Assembly: GCF_000020025.1 (NCBI RefSeq)
Contig: NC_010628.1
Coordinates: forward strand, 7,770,001-7,802,000
Direction: 5' to 3'
From: Nostoc punctiforme PCC 73102
GTDB lineage: Bacteria > Cyanobacteriota > Cyanobacteriia > Cyanobacteriales > Nostocaceae
DNA: 32,000 bases
Shown: piece after piece, positions 16,969 to 26,238 of the stretch
Position numbering within the stretch: the stretch's first letter is position 1
How the letters are laid out: the number at the start of each line of letters is the position of its first letter
Translations under genes and position numbers: made by a program
Notes under the pieces: generated by a model
What the model was told of the DNA's origin: nothing
What the model saw: only the letters and a program-made list of their open reading frames with translations
The model's database searches: none

Positions 16969-18165
16969 TTATTCAACTCTGGCGCGGAGTGCAGGAGATG
17001 GAAAGAGACTTCCAAATCCAACTTGTCGCTCATTTAAGGGTTCTAGAGAATCGTTCCAAAGACTTTCATAATAAAAGAAAGTTACGCCTAGACCGCGTTC
17101 TTGAGCAGCCCGCACTTGAGACTTAATTTGCTGCATAGGAACTGGATTATTTCGTAACCCCGTCATAATACCAATTCCAGTTGGAATTATTTTTTGGGCT
17201 TCTTGAATTTCTGAGCGAGAAATATTAGCCACAAAACTTTGCAGATTCGGACGATAAACTTGCACAATTAACTCGTCTACAATATTTTGCCGTATCCAAC
17301 TCAGCCAGTCTTGCAGGTGAAACTTGTAAGCAAAATCATAGTAATTAGGAGAAACAGAGAAAATCGCCTGGGGTTTTCTCTGCTTCACGGCTTGGTTAAG
17401 TTGTACCATGAACGCCGTAATTTTATCTGCCCGCCACTTTACCCATGCTGCATCTTGGGAATTTTTTGGGGGAGCATTTTTGGTTTCTTTGGTGTACAAA
17501 GCAACTGTATATTGGTCGTAGCCAAATTCTGCGGGCAAACTCATGTGATCGTCAAACTGAATACCATCAGCATCATATTGAGTGACAGTTTCCAGCACGA
17601 GGTTGGTGATGAACTGTTGTACTTGCGGAAGGAACGGATTCAGCCACATAACTTCACCAGCCGCACTGATAGAAGTTTGGCTACCATCCCGCTTTTGTGT
17701 GAACCAATCAGGATAATTCAGTGCTAGTTCTGACGTTGGGGGAGCCATGAAACCAAATTCAAACCAGGGAATCACTAGCAATCCTTTGCGATGGGCTTGG
17801 TTAATCAAGTCGGCAAGAATATCATGTCCATCTGAACCTTTGTAGATAAAAGGTTGGATACCTGCACGTTGTGCGATCGCACTGGGATACATCACATAAC
17901 CAGAATTCCACACCACAGGATAGATTGTGTTGAAGTTCAGCCGTCGTAATTGACTCACGGCATCTTGCACTTTATCCCGATTTTTGAGGGTGTCAAAATC
18001 ATTGGTGGTCATCCAAACCCCGCGAATTTCTTGACGGGGTAACTGTGCGATGGCAGGAGTAAAACTATCTACCAGTAATACCGTAATAAAGGATATTAAA
18101 ATGAGAATCGGAAAAAGATACTTAAGTAGTCGCCGCCAACTTTGAATAATAAAAAGTGATTTCAT
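16969..18165 (-). CDS. Glycoside hydrolase-like family 10 (GHL10/DUF187, YngK-like) protein with an N-terminal membrane anchor or signal
   Basis: The segment RGVWMTTNDFDTLKNRDKVQDAVSQLRRLNFNTIYPVVWNSGYVMYPS... is typical of this family. The start was chosen at the ATG at 18165 (MKSLFIIQ...). The ORF stays open upstream to 18393, so the start is uncertain. Confidence 0.7.
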   Translation of the reverse strand: MKSLFIIQSWRRLLKYLFPILILISFITVLLVDSFTPAIAQLPRQEIRGVWMTTNDFDTLKNRDKVQDAVSQLRRLNFNTIYPVVWNSGYVMYPSAIAQRAGIQPFIYKGSDGHDILADLINQAHRKGLLVIPWFEFGFMAPPTSELALNYPDWFTQKRDGSQTSISAAGEVMWLNPFLPQVQQFITNLVLETVTQYDADGIQFDDHMSLPAEFGYDQYTVALYTKETKNAPPKNSQDAAWVKWRADKITAFMVQLNQAVKQRKPQAIFSVSPNYYDFAYKFHLQDWLSWIRQNIVDELIVQVYRPNLQSFVANISRSEIQEAQKIIPTGIGIMTGLRNNPVPMQQIKSQVRAAQERGLGVTFFYYESLWNDSLEPLNERQVGFGSLFPSPALRARVE

Positions 18166-18689
18166 AAATTGGAATGATGCATTAGCTACCCACACACGCC
18201 ATTGCTCGCTTTTACGATTAAATCTACTAACCATTAGTCTACAAGTATTTATGCTTAGTACAGGGTTGATGAGTTGGTAGTTGTTCGTTCCCTGCTTATG
18301 GAACTTTTGCACCAGAAAAACTAAAGCAGACAATATTAAGATAGTTGACGCAGCTAGTAAGCATTTGTGCCCAATAGAGATTGAAATAGACAATAGGACA
18401 CTTGTACTGATCAGTTCAACTCTTCTATTTGGCTAGTTCTGGGCATCGCAAGCTCGCGGTTAGATGTTGTATTTGGTGCAGACTATCGTAGAGAAGTATT
18501 AGTTATATTCCATCTCCCTCCAAGACTTCCAAAAAATAAAATTACAAATATTGTATAGAAATGATAATAACTGATGTATGAACTTCCGCTAATAAGTTAA
18601 TGGAAATTTTGATAAATAGGAGTTAAGCTAACGACTCAAGTAAAAATACTTTAGGGAATTTAAACTACTAAATTTAATCTCAAATTTTA

Positions 18690-19685
18690 TTATTTATTTG
18701 AACTGAATTCTGAAATATAAGTTTTTTCTGTAACTCTTATAGAATGATTTAAATTATCTTTAATATATTCAAGGATACTTTGAGCAACATGCTCTGCAAG
18801 CTTAACTGGTACAGCATTCCCTATCATCTGCTCAAGGTCTGTTTTTGTCCCTTCAAAAATAAATGTTTCAGGAAAAGTCTGCAAATAGCTTCTTTCAATT
18901 GTAGTCAATGGGCGCAAATTTTCTGTAACGTTTACTGGATCTTTAGGGTGCTTTTTATAGGTTTTAGGAATAGGACGATTAACTCCTCTTACTGTTGGGC
19001 TAGGTTCATCAATACTAAAAATTCCTCTTCTTTGGTAACTTCTTGGATGTCTGTAGTAATATTGAATTTCTAATTTATTTCCCAGATAATCTCTAATGGT
19101 CATTGGCTTGTCTGCCAACCTTTTTTTCAGGTAAGGTTCCAGACCTTCGTCTTTTCCTTGTAACTCTCCAAAGCAAAAAAATCTTTTTCGCTTTTGAGGG
19201 ACACCGCACAAACTCGCATCCAAAATTATTTCACTTAAACCATATCCAGTATTTTTGAATATTTGTTTAACCTCTTTATATTTATTACTTTTACGAAATA
19301 AGTCTACGTTCTCTATCAAAAACCACTGAGGAAGAACACTTGTAACTATCTCGGAAAATACAATACTTAAATCTCCTCTTCCTAAATTTTCATCGCGTTT
19401 GCCTGCGCTAGAGAAGTCTTGGCACGGTGGTCCGCCAATAATAATTTCAGGACATATTTCTCTAAAAATTTGATAGTTTTTCCTTAAATTATTAAGATCA
19501 TAATCAAAAATTTCATGGCTAAAGTTTTTTTGATAAACATCTATAGCTGGTTTCCAATTATCAAATGCTGCTACAATATTAAAACCAGCATTTTGAAACC
19601 CTAAAGATAACCCTCCACAACCAGCGAAAAGGTCTACAACTCTAAGTGAAGAGTTTTTGGTATAATCTTTATATTTTTCTTTCAT
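18690..19685 (-). CDS. DNA (cytosine-5) methyltransferase
   Basis: All the diagnostic motifs are present: I DLFAGCGGLSLG, IV GGPPCQDFS, VI LIENV, VIII QKRKRFF, X GNAVPV. Confidence 0.95.
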   Translation of the reverse strand: MKEKYKDYTKNSSLRVVDLFAGCGGLSLGFQNAGFNIVAAFDNWKPAIDVYQKNFSHEIFDYDLNNLRKNYQIFREICPEIIIGGPPCQDFSSAGKRDENLGRGDLSIVFSEIVTSVLPQWFLIENVDLFRKSNKYKEVKQIFKNTGYGLSEIILDASLCGVPQKRKRFFCFGELQGKDEGLEPYLKKRLADKPMTIRDYLGNKLEIQYYYRHPRSYQRRGIFSIDEPSPTVRGVNRPIPKTYKKHPKDPVNVTENLRPLTTIERSYLQTFPETFIFEGTKTDLEQMIGNAVPVKLAEHVAQSILEYIKDNLNHSIRVTEKTYISEFSSNK

Positions 19686-19689
19686 ACAT

Positions 19690-20790
19690 TTATATGTTTT
19701 TTAATACTTCGTCAAATATCTCTGGATTACTTAAAATAATACCATCAAATCTTCTTTCAGGACTTAAGTAATTTTGTCCTCCACCTAAAATAATATTCCC
19801 AATCTCTTCTTTAGTAATTCTAGGTTTAATCAATTCATCACAAATCATATAAGGATGAGTATTTAATCCACTTGATGCAAAAGCTTTATCATTCTTAGTA
19901 TGATACGTCAATATGTCAATTATTGATGCGTATGGTATTTTACCATTTGTGGCAAATTCATATAACATTTTTGCCAGCCATATTACAGTTCGCGTATGAC
20001 GTTGAATACTTTCTGCCCCAATTAGTAATTTTTTTGTAACATCAAAAAATAACCTAGTAAAACCAAAATCACTCCAAATAAATATATCTAAACAATTTTG
20101 GTATAACTTTGATGTTTTACCAACAGTTTTCCATATTGGTTGCATTACTAATGGAGACTGCATTTCTATATGATCGTAAAGTAAATTATCTAGACTCTCT
20201 GTCAATCTTGAAATATAAGGAAGTATATTACTAATACTAATCCAATCAGTAATTTCACTACAAACAGGATCAAGATATTTAAGTATTTGTTCTCTAGAAT
20301 CTTTAAATTTGTCAGCAATACTTAATGCTAGATACACTATGGTATCTGGACGAGTAACAATTTCACAACCATATTTATGATCGGGTAGGCGACAAGTTGA
20401 ATTATCTGGTAATGCTGTTAATTTAATTTCTATGCTACGCAAGCAAATATCACCATTAGAAGTATTTAATGTAACTAAGTCTACTCGTGGTAATCTTCCT
20501 ATAACTAGTTTTCTATAAGGAAGATAATCGCTTTCAAATGCAAAAAATAAGTTAGGAGATAGTGGTGTAATACCAAAAATATCGGTTACACCAATTTTCC
20601 CATGTTTAATCTATAGGTTTTTATCAAGAGTTAAATAGACTAGTTGTAGGCCTTGACAGTGCATATAGCAAGCTAGTGAAGCAGGAAAAGAATTATTAAA
20701 TTGATTTTTCCCCCAACTATTAGCCTGAGAGAAATCTCTGTTAGATTTAGCTAATCCAAAAAGACCAGGTTGTACTGTATTTTGATTCAT
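19690..20790 (-). pseudogene. Type II restriction endonuclease-like gene (partner of the methyltransferase) interrupted by one in-frame TAG
   Basis: My own translation from the ATG at 20790 gives MNQNTVQPGLFGLAKSNRDFSQANSWGKNQFNNSFPASLACYMHCQGLQLVYLTLDKNL*IKHGKIGVTDIFGITPLSPNLFFAFESDYLPYRKLVIGRLPRVDLVTLNTSNGDICLRSIEIKL... The same frame continues into the listed ORF 19690-20442. The amber codon is the complement of 20611-20613. The gene ends 4 nt upstream of the methyltransferase start. The nuclease assignment rests on position only. Confidence 0.6.
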
Positions 20791-21020
20791 TAGTTTCTTT
20801 ATTGCATACTCATTTAAATAGCATCTTCCGCAATTAGTGATTTTGCCTTGACACTATCTATTATGGATATATTATGTGTATGTCATCAAAAATTATCATT
20901 TTAGTGTATATACTTAAAGCAATGTATTGAATAATGCTTTTAAAATTACTAACTTATTCAACACCCCAACTGTGTCACAATAGAGAACTGTAATAAGAAA
21001 AATATTGTTAAGGTAATTTA

Positions 21021-22145
21021 GTGAGTCCAACTGCTCAATCCACGGCAAGTGCGCGTCGCGTGGTATTTCCTTTTACGGCAATTGTGGGCCAGGAAGAAAT
21101 GAAACTGGCGCTCCTATTGAACGTGATTGACCCCAAGATTGGTGGTGTAATGATCATGGGCGATCGCGGTACCGGTAAATCCACAACTATCCGGGCGCTG
21201 GCGGATCTGCTGCCAGAAATTTCTGTGGTTGCCAATGACCCCTTCAGCAGCGATCCTAGCGACCCCGACTTGATGAGTGATGAAGTCCGCCAACTCTTAG
21301 AACAAGGGGCGGAAATTCCTGTAGCTCATAAAAAAGTCCAAATGGTAGACCTGCCGCTAGGAGCTACAGAAGACCGAGTTTGTGGCACAATCGACATTGA
21401 GAAAGCTTTATCTGAAGGTGTCAAAGCCTTTGAACCGGGACTGCTGGCAAAGGCTAACCGGGGCATTCTCTATGTAGATGAAGTCAACTTACTAGATGAC
21501 CACCTCGTAGACGTGCTACTAGATTCCGCTGCGAGTGGATGGAACACTGTAGAACGGGAAGGTATTTCTATCCGTCACCCAGCACGTTTTGTTCTTGTGG
21601 GTTCTGGAAACCCGGAAGAAGGCGAACTACGCCCGCAACTGCTCGATCGCTTTGGGATGCACGCAGAAATTCACACCGTAAAAGAACCAGCCTTGCGGGT
21701 GCAAATCGTGGAACAACGGGCGGATTTTGACCAAAATCCTCTAGTATTTCTCGAAAATTACAAACCCCAACAAGAGGCATTGCAAGAGCAAATTGTCAAT
21801 GCTCAACAGCTTTTGCCAGAAGTGAAGCTTGACTATGAACTGCGGGTAAAAATTTCTGAAGTCTGTTCTGAATTGGATGTAGATGGTTTGCGGGGTGACA
21901 TTGTTAGTAACCGGGCCGCGAAAGCCTTAACAGCTTATGAAGGACGCACTGAAGTTACAGTTGATGATATCTGCCGTGTGATTACCCTATGCTTGCGTCA
22001 CAGACTCCGGAAAGACCCCTTAGAATCGATTGATTCTGGCTACAAAGTCGCCAAAGTTTTTAGCCGCGTCTTTGGCGTAGAATTACCAGAAAGTGATACT
22101 GCACAAAAAAACGGCACAGGTCAAAAGTTAGGGGCTAGAAGTTAA
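21021..22145 (+). CDS. chlI: Magnesium chelatase ATPase subunit I
   Basis: A 374-aa ORF with a GTG start. It has [40 protein letters not shown] (Walker A) and [13 protein letters not shown] (Walker B). Confidence 0.95.
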   Translation: MSPTAQSTASARRVVFPFTAIVGQEEMKLALLLNVIDPKIGGVMIMGDRGTGKSTTIRALADLLPEISVVANDPFSSDPSDPDLMSDEVRQLLEQGAEIPVAHKKVQMVDLPLGATEDRVCGTIDIEKALSEGVKAFEPGLLAKANRGILYVDEVNLLDDHLVDVLLDSAASGWNTVEREGISIRHPARFVLVGSGNPEEGELRPQLLDRFGMHAEIHTVKEPALRVQIVEQRADFDQNPLVFLENYKPQQEALQEQIVNAQQLLPEVKLDYELRVKISEVCSELDVDGLRGDIVSNRAAKALTAYEGRTEVTVDDICRVITLCLRHRLRKDPLESIDSGYKVAKVFSRVFGVELPESDTAQKNGTGQKLGARS

Positions 22146-22148
22146 AAA

Positions 22149-22176
22149 TTAGGAGTGAGGAGTTAGGAGTTAAAAG
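22149..22176. repeat. STRR-like heptamer array (TTAGGAG TGAGGAG TTAGGAG TTAAAAG)
   Basis: Four tandem heptamers start 4 nt after the chlI stop codon. Confidence 0.7.
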
Positions 22177-22266
22177 TTTTGAATGGAAAGCTGCTTCATT
22201 ACTAACAACTCTTAACTCAACACCGGCTAAAGTCCCCGCTACCGCTAACAATATTCAACACTGATT

Positions 22267-22566
22267 ATGAGATTTTGGTCTTTTTGGTTCAACAGCTTTG
22301 TTTTATCTAGCCAATACAACCCACCCAGGTTTGTAGAATTATTGATGCTTTTATTAGCGATCGCTATGCTGGCAATAGCTAGTGTTTTACCAGACAGACT
22401 ACCCTATTTAATCTTAGGCTTGAGCCTAGTAGTTGGGGCATCTATTTCTATTTTAGTGCGGGAAGCGATCGCGCCCTCACCCCAGGCGCGAATTACCCAA
22501 CTAACAGCATCGTTATTGCTGATCATCAGCCTCTATGGGTTTGCTGATTTAATGTACAGTATTTAA
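22267..22566 (+). CDS. Hypothetical small membrane protein (99 aa)
   Basis: An ORF with two or three hydrophobic segments and no recognised motif. Confidence 0.4.
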   Translation: MRFWSFWFNSFVLSSQYNPPRFVELLMLLLAIAMLAIASVLPDRLPYLILGLSLVVGASISILVREAIAPSPQARITQLTASLLLIISLYGFADLMYSI

Positions 22567-22601
22567 TGGGGAGTAGGGAATGGGGAATAGGGAATGGGGA
22601 A
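22567..22601. repeat. STRR-like heptamer array (TGGGGAG TAGGGAA TGGGGAA TAGGGAA TGGGGAA)
   Basis: Five tandem heptamers begin on the nucleotide after the stop codon at 22564-22566. The complement ATTCCCTAT recurs about 25 nt downstream. Confidence 0.7.
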
Positions 22602-22810
22602 GAAACTTAAATTAACAATTCCCTATGCCCAATCACCAATTCTGCATTTCTACCAATTCCATACACAACTCAATAGGATGATTGCTTAGTAAGCACTTCA
22701 GGTAGTTATTATCCTTTCGCTACTCAATTAAGTGTGCAACCTTTCATTTTTTAGCGATCGCCAACTGCGATCGCGCTACTCAGATGCTACTCATTCTGGC
22801 TAACAGACTA

Positions 22811-22850
<40 letters not shown>

Positions 22851-23033
22851 TTTTTAAGTATTTAATCAGGTATTTGGTGCAGACTCTTTTGCAAATACAG
22901 AACTGCCTTTAATCTCCAAACAAATGGAGAGCAATTGCACAAGGTTGTGAGTTCACATTCGCAACCCAAAATCTATAGATGAAATGTTTAAAGAAACGAT
23001 TTTAGAATCTATATATTTAGGCTTGGAAAAAAT

Positions 23034-23666
23034 CTAATAATTTTCAGCCCGAAAATCTTGAGTAATTAGGGCAGCATCATCTTTGAGATATCCTGCTGTC
23101 ACACAATCATCAATCAATTGCAGGACAAAGGGCCACAGTTCCGGCGCACCTGTTTCTACTGGCGCTACCCGTTTCATCACCTGATTGCGGCTAATGCCAT
23201 GAATACGCCAAGTCCCACCCTGAGTTTGCTGATTATGCAGCAAAGGCTGTATACGGTCTAAGGCTGCGGCAAATTTGGCGGTGGGTGTTTCTCCTGCTTC
23301 AAACTCATCCCAGAGTAAACGCAACTCGCTACCTTGATCTGCTGGCAAAAGTCCGAATAAACGCAATGCGGCTTGTGCTTCTCTTACTGCTTTGCTGTCG
23401 TTACCCTGCACATCGTAACAGAAGGTGTCACCTGCATCAATTTCTACCAAATCGTGGATTAGCAGCATTTTGATGGCATGGAATATATCAACACCCTCTG
23501 GGGCATAATCTACTAAGGCGATCGCCATTACAGCTAAATGCCAAGAGTGTTCTGCACTATTTTCTCGGCGTGACCCATCCATAAGTAGGGTTTGCCGCAT
23601 TATCTGCTTCAATCGATCAATTTCGATGATGAACTGAATTTGTTGAGTCAGCCGATTGATTTGCAC
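23034..23666 (-). CDS. HD-domain phosphohydrolase (YfbR-like 5'-nucleotidase type)
   Basis: A 210-aa ORF with a GTG start. Motifs are NSAEHSWHLAVMA and LLIHDLVEIDAGD. Confidence 0.75.
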   Translation of the reverse strand: MQINRLTQQIQFIIEIDRLKQIMRQTLLMDGSRRENSAEHSWHLAVMAIALVDYAPEGVDIFHAIKMLLIHDLVEIDAGDTFCYDVQGNDSKAVREAQAALRLFGLLPADQGSELRLLWDEFEAGETPTAKFAAALDRIQPLLHNQQTQGGTWRIHGISRNQVMKRVAPVETGAPELWPFVLQLIDDCVTAGYLKDDAALITQDFRAENY

Positions 23667-23972
23667 CTGAATTTCTGATTTTTGGATAAGTGTTGACTCA
23701 AGAAGCAGGGGGAAAGATATTTAAATTACCGTGTCTGACTGGGTTTCAGAGCAAGTAAATTTATTTATGCCCAAAAGTAAAAATATTTATTATGTCTACA
23801 GTACGCTGCGCGAACGAGATGTGTCACACAAGAAATAATACTTCCTTAGTTCAGAACAAATACATTTATGTATGGGGATTTCCCCCCTGCTCCCTGCCCC
23901 TTTTCCTCTTATTGATTGGATTTTCGATTTTTAACTCCGGCACATCTGCAAGACATTTTTTCTGTATTCCAA

Positions 23973-24045
23973 TTAAAAAGCGCTTGGGAGTGTTGCCGTG
24001 TTTCCACCCCAAACGCTTTTTATTTTTAACTTGCTCCTCACACAC
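23973..24045 (-). ncRNA. Putative ~73-nt sRNA, unit 1 (Yfr2-family-like)
   Basis: On the minus strand TGATATTAT (extended -10) sits at -15 to -7 relative to the first G of GUGUGUGAGGAGCAAGUUAA. A 14-bp hairpin follows, with loop GUGGAAACACGGCAACACU, then UUUUU. Confidence 0.55.
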
Positions 24046-24135
24046 GATTAAATAATATCATTGCTTTAATGAAAAGACGATTAAAGTGAGTGACACTTTT
24101 AAAAGTGTACCAACAATCCAATTTTTATATGCAAA

Positions 24136-24208
24136 TTAAAAAATGCCCGGGAGTGTTGCCGTGTTTCCACCCCAGGCATTTTTTATTCTTAACTTGCTCC
24201 TCACACAC
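24136..24208 (-). ncRNA. Putative ~73-nt sRNA, unit 2 (Yfr2-family-like)
   Basis: Same architecture as unit 1, with TGATATGTT as the -10. The stem sequence differs from units 1 and 3 by compensatory changes while the loop is identical. Confidence 0.55.
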
Positions 24209-24295
24209 AACTAAAACATATCACTACTTTTATCTAATGGCAAGTATATTGAGTGACATTTTCAAAACTGCACAAGCAATCCAATTTCTGACCAA

Positions 24296-24368
24296 TTAAA
24301 AAGCGCTTGGGAGTGTTGCCGTGTTTCCACCCCAAACGCTTTTTACTTTTAACTTGCTCCTCACACAC
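24296..24368 (-). ncRNA. Putative ~73-nt sRNA, unit 3 (Yfr2-family-like)
   Basis: Same architecture as unit 1, with TGATATCTT as the -10. The stem is identical to unit 1. Confidence 0.55.
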
Positions 24369-24450
24369 AAATATAAGATATCACGAATTCAATTATAAAG
24401 AAAGTATATAGTATGACACTTTCTCAACCGTACACCTGACAAGCAATAAT

Positions 24451-25995
24451 TTAGTGTAAAAAGTGACGTACACCAGTTAAAACCATCAGCAAACCCAGGT
24501 CGTTAGCAGCTTTGATTGAATCTTTATCGCGCAGGCTTCCCCCTGGTTGAACAATGGCTGTAATTCCTGCGGCTGCGGCTGTTCTCACGGAATCATCGAA
24601 GGGGAAGAATCCATCGCTGGCCAGTATTGCACCTTTGGCTTTTTCTCCAGCTTGTTCTAGAGCAATTTTAACTGATCCGACGCGGTTCATTTGACCAGCG
24701 CCTACTCCTAGTGTAGTGCGATCGCTTGTCACAACAATGGCATTCGATTTAACGTGTTTGCAAACTTTCCAAGCAAACAGCAATTCGGCTAATTCGCTGT
24801 CGGTGGGTTGACGTTCGGTGACTACTTGCCATTGACTAGTATCAGCAACAATGTCATCGGCGGTTTGGACAAGAAAACCACCTGCGATCGCTTTCACTGT
24901 ATCTTTAGGGCCACTGCTCAAATCAGCTAGAGTCAAAACCCGCACGTTAGATTTCTTAGCCAGGATTTCTTGAGCTTCGGCTTCACAACTTGGTGCAACC
25001 ACGCATTCTAAAAATGTTTTGGTTAACTCGCTAGCTGTAGCCGCATCAATCGGACGGTTGAGTGCGACAATTCCACCAAAGGCAGAAGTAGAGTCAGCGT
25101 TAAAAGCTTTTTTGTACGCTTCAGAAATACTGCTTCCCAGCGCCGTACCACAGGGGTTTGTATGTTTGATAATCGTTGCGGCTGGAGTATCAGTGAATTC
25201 AGCAATAATTCGGCGTGCAGCTTCTAAATCAACTAAATTATTGTAACTAAGTTCTTTACCTTGGAGTTTCGTCGCGGCTGCCCATCCCGTTGGAGTAGTA
25301 CCAGTTTGATACCAGGTGGCGGGTTGATGAGGGTTTTCGCCGTAACGCAGAGATTGTAATTGTGTACCGCTAAGGGTGTACTGCTGTGTATCTGCGAGAT
25401 AAGATGCGAACTGACAAGTCAGCGCTTGCGCTATCGCTTGATCGTAACTAGCAGTGTGCGAAAATCCTTTTAAGGCCGCCTTTTGCCGAAACTCTAGGGA
25501 TGCTACACCGTTATTTTGGCGCAATTCCTCCAAATACTCGTCATACTGTGCTGGGTCGCATAATACAGCCAGATGTGCAAAGTTTTTCGATGATGCCCTT
25601 AACATAGCTGGGCCACCGATATCAATTTGTTCAACAGCTTCTAATAATGTTACCCCTGGTTTAGCGATCGTTTCCTCAAAAGGATATAGATTCACCACCA
25701 CTAAATCAATCGGGCGAATTTGGTTATTTTCTAAATCTGTAATATCTTGGGGAACATCTCGCCGCGCCAAAATTCCGCCATGAATCCGGGGATGTAGGGT
25801 TTTGACTCGACCACCTAAAATTTCTGGTGAACCTGTGTAATCTGCAACTTTGGTGACAGGGAGTCCCGCATCTTTGAGTGCTTGGGCTGTTCCCCCACTG
25901 CTGATTAAATCAAAGTCAAATTCTTCAACCAAGCTACGGGCTAGGTCAATTATACCAGTTTTGTTAGATACACTCAGCAGGGCTAGACGCGCCAT
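24451..25995 (-). CDS. purH: Bifunctional AICAR transformylase / IMP cyclohydrolase
   Basis: The N-terminus MARLALLSVSNKTG... and the C-terminus ...LTGVRHFLH are typical of PurH. The ATG at 25995 is preferred. The ORF is open up to 26046. Confidence 0.95.
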   Translation of the reverse strand: MARLALLSVSNKTGIIDLARSLVEEFDFDLISSGGTAQALKDAGLPVTKVADYTGSPEILGGRVKTLHPRIHGGILARRDVPQDITDLENNQIRPIDLVVVNLYPFEETIAKPGVTLLEAVEQIDIGGPAMLRASSKNFAHLAVLCDPAQYDEYLEELRQNNGVASLEFRQKAALKGFSHTASYDQAIAQALTCQFASYLADTQQYTLSGTQLQSLRYGENPHQPATWYQTGTTPTGWAAATKLQGKELSYNNLVDLEAARRIIAEFTDTPAATIIKHTNPCGTALGSSISEAYKKAFNADSTSAFGGIVALNRPIDAATASELTKTFLECVVAPSCEAEAQEILAKKSNVRVLTLADLSSGPKDTVKAIAGGFLVQTADDIVADTSQWQVVTERQPTDSELAELLFAWKVCKHVKSNAIVVTSDRTTLGVGAGQMNRVGSVKIALEQAGEKAKGAILASDGFFPFDDSVRTAAAAGITAIVQPGGSLRDKDSIKAANDLGLLMVLTGVRHFLH

Positions 25996-26178
25996 TGATC
26001 GATTCCTTAAAAGTAGGCTAGAAGCGAAGGATCTCAAGTTTTGCATAAGCCTTGGTTCAGTTCAAGACCATTAGAAATAATGGCGTTAATAACTATCTGA
26101 CCATCACCTTTCTCAATTAAGACTGCTATAAGTGGCAGGTATTGTGCCAAGGCGACATCTATTCTTCGTCTTCTTCTT

Positions 26179-26238
26179 CCTCCATAATATCTAATTCACT
26201 TATGTAATCCTCCATAATATCTAATTCACTTAATGTAA
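26179..26238. repeat. 30-bp tandem duplication (CCTCCATAATATCTAATTCACTTA shared core)
   Basis: The cores lie at 26179-26202 and 26209-26232. The second copy contains the stop codon of the 273-aa ORF. Confidence 0.85.

Larger units (their letters stand above)
23930..24450. repeat. Tandem array of about 3.2 units of 160-163 bp
   Basis: Hairpin starts at 23975, 24138 and 24298. About 70 nt of each unit is nearly identical; the remainder has diverged. Confidence 0.9.

Noticed and set aside
16969-18393. Full 474-aa version of the GHL10 ORF starting at 18393
   Set aside because: The first ~76 residues have no family similarity, and a later ATG (18165) directly precedes a signal or anchor-like segment. 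I kept the shorter model but cannot exclude the longer one.
23792-24299. ORFs 23792-24055 and 24090-24299, which encode repeated peptides (GVLPCFHP..FLFLTCSSHT)
   Set aside because: They run across the tandem sRNA-like units. The repeated peptide reflects the DNA repeat. There is no RBS context, and the conserved part is a hairpin with compensatory changes, so the constraint is at RNA level.
23975-24368. Reading the tandem units on the plus strand as Yfr1 genes, because they contain GCTCCTCACACAC (Yfr1 motif ACUCCUCACAC)
   Set aside because: - On the plus strand the motif lies after the hairpin and U tract, and no second terminator hairpin follows it.
- The stem would contain a C.A mismatch, whereas it is a G.U wobble on the minus strand.
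- The positionally conserved extended -10 box exists only for minus-strand transcription.
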